Of a stretch of DNA of 59,196 nucleotides, positions 56,435-59,196 are shown piece by piece; the stretch's first letter is position 1, and every line of letters begins with the position of its first letter. Source of the stretch: Micavibrio sp. Lineage in GTDB: Bacteria; Patescibacteriota; Minisyncoccia; Moranbacterales; GCA-2747515. The DNA lies in assembly GCA_020718085.1 (NCBI GenBank), contig DYDB01000001.1, positions 329,575 to 388,770 on the forward strand. Reading direction: 5' to 3'. The translations under genes and the position numbers were made by a program. The notes beneath the pieces were generated by a model. It saw nothing but the letters and a program-made list of their open reading frames with translations, did not search any database and was not told the DNA's origin.

Positions 56435-57616
56435 CTAATACGTGCCCAAAAGGTCATCATTCTCAAATAGATCTTTTATTGCCACGATCTGGTCACTATA
56501 ATAACTTGCAACTTTTTCTTTTGCATACTCATATGCCTCTTCCACCACAACATAACCGTCTTGTCCGATCACTGGTCCATTTAACCATCCATCCAATGTA
56601 CGATAATCCCATCCAATTTGATTATATCCATCAGCCCAACCGCCACCAGGACCAACATATCCCCGCATTCCATTATTCACAAAATAATGACTGAAGATGC
56701 CCTCTCCTGTCTCGCCTGATGTATAAACATATGCAGTGCCTTTTTCGGACGTTGCTGCCACAAATATGCGACCGTTTATGTTAGATACATTGTTTTGCAT
56801 CACATCATTCATGCCGCCGGCGCGACAACTGTCAAAGACAAATGTGATCCGTTCCGTTTTAAAGTCACCAAACCATTGTTTTAAGTCACCATCCCATATA
56901 TACGCATACTGATCGATACCATTATGCACTAAGATCGCCTCATCCGGATCAGTCTTTCTTATCTCAGCATCACCGTCATTATACAGACCTGTCACACCGT
57001 GCCCGCTAAAGAAAAACACAACTTCATCCTCTGGATGCACAATACCACGCAAATGATCCACAGAAGCTTTGATATTATCATACTTTGCAGCATACGATAC
57101 AACTTCTCCATCCAACTCATCCTGTATATCTCTAAAAAGTGATATATTTTCTGGCAAAAAACCATATTCCGTCGTCAATGCGTGATACATATTCAACGCA
57201 TCTCCATCTGATAGACAAATATCACCATATGGTAACCCATCAGGGTAATTACAAATACCGATCACGATGGCATATTTTACACCATTGCCTGGCAATGCAG
57301 CCCCTGTCACACCCGTAGCGGTAACAGTCGTCTCCTCATCCACGGGCGGTACAGGCGGCTTCACCGGCTTACCCTTCACCGCATACTCCTCATCTTGTTT
57401 TTTCTCTCTTATAAATTTTTCTTTTTGTGCACCTTGCATCTGCACGCGTGGATGAATCTGTACATCTGTTGCCCGATCAGATCTCATCACATCCCCGACC
57501 GACACATCTTTTTGATCACTTTGTTCTTTTGCTTGAACAACTCCACATTGTACACACAACAACATGATTGTCATGATGCCTGTAAGATATGCGCCTTTAA
57601 TTTTTTTTTGTTTCAT
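56435..57616 (-). CDS. secreted clan-CD cysteine peptidase (caspase/legumain-like)
   Basis: Signal peptide present. His-Gly dyad in VVFFFSGHGV and catalytic Cys context FVFDSCRAGG, with clan-CD spacing. Confidence 0.65.
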   Translation of the reverse strand: MKQKKIKGAYLTGIMTIMLLCVQCGVVQAKEQSDQKDVSVGDVMRSDRATDVQIHPRVQMQGAQKEKFIREKKQDEEYAVKGKPVKPPVPPVDEETTVTATGVTGAALPGNGVKYAIVIGICNYPDGLPYGDICLSDGDALNMYHALTTEYGFLPENISLFRDIQDELDGEVVSYAAKYDNIKASVDHLRGIVHPEDEVVFFFSGHGVTGLYNDGDAEIRKTDPDEAILVHNGIDQYAYIWDGDLKQWFGDFKTERITFVFDSCRAGGMNDVMQNNVSNINGRIFVAATSEKGTAYVYTSGETGEGIFSHYFVNNGMRGYVGPGGGWADGYNQIGWDYRTLDGWLNGPVIGQDGYVVVEEAYEYAKEKVASYYSDQIVAIKDLFENDDLLGTY

Positions 57617-57651
57617 GCGTTCGTGCTAAATAATAAAAATTTGCACCACAA

Positions 57652-58647
57652 TTAATGAATCGGGATTACATTTTTCGTATAAGAATTGTTTCCTTCATCA
57701 CTTTCATCCACATCACCATCCGAATCTGCAACCGCTTTGGTGGTATAGTTCGCCCAGCCGCCATATGTATAATCACACTCCACCGTCTCACTATCTCCCG
57801 CTTTGAGAATGTCGATCTTCTCATGACATGCTCTGCTACCAGTCACAGTCGGCCACCATTCCCAATAAAAATCCTCCGCATCGGTTTCGCCTTTGTTCTT
57901 GATCTTGAAACTCACAGTGAATTCTTCCCCCTGTTTGGGATCATGATCGAACTCGTAATCACTAATGGACAAATCAGCCTTTTCCGCAACTACAATCTCT
58001 TTTTTACTCACGTTGTTATTCTCATCAATTTCATCATTACCGTCTTTGGTATCAACGATGAACTTTGAGGCATACTCATCTGCTTCATCATATGTATATT
58101 CGCACTCAATAACTTTTGTAGCACCTGCTGCCAATCCATCTTCATCTCCCTTACAATCTCGACCGGAGCTTGTCGGCCACCATTCCCAACTGAAAGATTT
58201 TGATGCAATCGTGCCTTTGTTTCCTATGACGATCTTTGCCGTAAATTCATCTCCAATCCGTGGCGTTTTATCGAGATCATAACTTTTCACATAGAGATCC
58301 GGTTTCTTTACTACATTTTTTGTGGCATCATCCGTATCTTCAGAAGTATTCGCGGGTGATGTACTTGGAGACGGTGACACTGACGGCGGTTTAACAGTTG
58401 TATCTACAGTGCTCTCACTTGTCGTTGTCTTTTGCATACCTTCTTCAGTCACTTCACCATCATCCGATTTTTTCAATGCAAAAACTACAAGAAACCCAAT
58501 CAAAACCAACACTAGGATGATCAGTAGAATTGTCATCACCCACTGAAACGGCGTAAACTTTTTTGTCGGTTGAACATCTGAAATTTGCTCAGATTCATCC
58601 ACCGGTATTTCTTCATTTTCTTCAACCGGCATTGGTTCGTTTTCCAT
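57652..58647 (-). CDS. membrane-anchored protein with two CARDB-like repeats
   Basis: 331 aa: acidic N-terminus, one TM, a Ser/Thr/Pro linker, then two repeats of about 105 aa (DL.v..y......G.eFt....i.NKG....f.WEWWPT...C......aG....eC.YTY....y....D...d.DE.nN). Confidence 0.7.
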   Translation of the reverse strand: MENEPMPVEENEEIPVDESEQISDVQPTKKFTPFQWVMTILLIILVLVLIGFLVVFALKKSDDGEVTEEGMQKTTTSESTVDTTVKPPSVSPSPSTSPANTSEDTDDATKNVVKKPDLYVKSYDLDKTPRIGDEFTAKIVIGNKGTIASKSFSWEWWPTSSGRDCKGDEDGLAAGATKVIECEYTYDEADEYASKFIVDTKDGNDEIDENNNVSKKEIVVAEKADLSISDYEFDHDPKQGEEFTVSFKIKNKGETDAEDFYWEWWPTVTGSRACHEKIDILKAGDSETVECDYTYGGWANYTTKAVADSDGDVDESDEGNNSYTKNVIPIH

Positions 58648-58781
58648 AGATTCATTGTTAATTTTTACACACTTTCATTTAATAGCATTATAACACAAAA
58701 TACTGTTTTTTATATTAAATAACTAACGTGCCAACAATAAGCAAACTCCTTTTGAGTGACCTGAATGATTATGCGAATTTT

Positions 58782-58827
58782 GATCTCTTCACTACGCCTG
58801 CCTGTCGGCAGGCAGGGTCGAGATGAC
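58782..58827. repeat. GC-rich palindromic element, family member C
   Basis: gatctcttcactacg-cctgcctg-tcgg-caggcagg-gtcgagatgac. The inner stem is a perfect 8 bp and the outer pairing is atctc/gagat. Confidence 0.6.
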
Positions 58828-58921
58828 ATACCAAAGAAGAACAAAAAAGCACATTGCTCCCATCTATTTTTAAAAATCTAAATAATACTCTCGCCGTTTA
58901 GTTTTTATAAATGCAAAATCA

Positions 58922-58948
58922 GGTGTGCGACGCGTTGGCCGCACACCT
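58922..58948. terminator. terminator downstream of the 46-aa gene
   Basis: ggtgtgcg-acgcgttggc-cgcacacc with T-rich flanks on both strands. Confidence 0.65.
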
Positions 58949-58964
58949 TTTCTTCAGGAAAAGA

Positions 58965-59105
58965 TCATGAGAATAGATTCTCAAATGTTTTTGGCGCTAT
59001 GAGTGCCATCATAAAAACAGCAAAAACCAGAATGGCTCCAACACGTTGGAGCCTGATCGAAACTGGTTCATCTGCAACCTCAACATTTTCTCCTTGCTGA
59101 TACAT
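58965..59105 (-). CDS. small membrane protein (46 aa)
   Basis: Not in the ORF track. SD AAGGAGG lies 6 nt before the ATG. Product MYQQGENVEVADEPVSIRLQRVGAILVFAVFMMALIAPKTFENLFS has one TM helix. Confidence 0.55.
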   Translation of the reverse strand: MYQQGENVEVADEPVSIRLQRVGAILVFAVFMMALIAPKTFENLFS

Positions 59106-59196
59106 TTTTACCTCCTTGGTAAAAGATTCTTGTGATATAGATCAATTATTGATCTGATAGAAAATTCAAATACAAAAGAAAAAACGTTCACATTAT

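Noticed and set aside
1-59196. CRISPR arrays, rRNA genes, transposases/IS elements, prophage genes, and alternative genetic code (UGA recoding)
   Set aside because: I saw no regularly spaced direct repeats, no rRNA-like conserved segments, and no transposase, integrase or capsid-like ORFs. ORFs of 795-1308 aa are intact under the standard code, so UGA recoding is unnecessary.

Overview
AT-rich bacterial chromosomal segment of about 59 kb. Roughly 50 of about 57 supported CDS lie on the minus strand. Many genes carry their own sigma70-like promoter and hairpin terminator. In order the window holds: an envelope-polysaccharide block (partial GT2, GT2, GT4, flippase); leuS; a UPF0182 membrane protein; a CNNM/CBS transporter; a sortase locus (sortase fused to Ca-binding repeats, plus a beta-helix/coiled-coil protein); cardiolipin synthase; two tandem MliC-like lipoproteins; an HI0933-type flavoprotein; two tandem tRNA-Pro genes; a DUF917 operon; an ECF sigma module followed by a MutS-domain-V ATPase; a LysA-like decarboxylase; DUF1294, HD-hydrolase and DUF4105 genes; an AsnB-like PP-loop ATPase; several unknown proteins; a markedly low-GC single-gene island encoding a 1018-aa KAP-family P-loop NTPase; a 2-hydroxyacid dehydrogenase, TylF-like methyltransferase and EamA transporter; an orphan DnaC/IstB-like AAA+ ATPase; a purL-purN-purM-like cluster interleaved with GlcG/DUF336-like paralogues; a fused pyrK-pyrD gene; a stand-alone IMP cyclohydrolase (PurH N-domain only); peptidase E; a YdeN-type hydrolase; a secreted clan-CD (caspase-like) protease; and a CARDB-repeat protein. 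I saw no rRNA, CRISPR array, transposase, integrase or reverse transcriptase. The standard genetic code appears to be in use, since very long ORFs are intact. The gene content (sortase, UPF0182, many lineage-specific unknowns) fits an uncultivated small-genome lineage such as a CPR/Peregrinibacteria-like organism, but that is only inference. The candidates most worth a second look are: the low-GC KAP NTPase island with the adjacent GC-rich structured leader carrying repeated GCAGGAGC hairpins; a perfect 18-bp inverted repeat enclosing two hairpins upstream of pyrK-pyrD; the unusual purine/pyrimidine gene architecture (fusion, truncated PurH, three DUF336-like paralogues, shared promoter box); a dispersed GC-rich palindromic repeat family; and a leader plus micro-ORF plus terminator ahead of the DUF917 operon.
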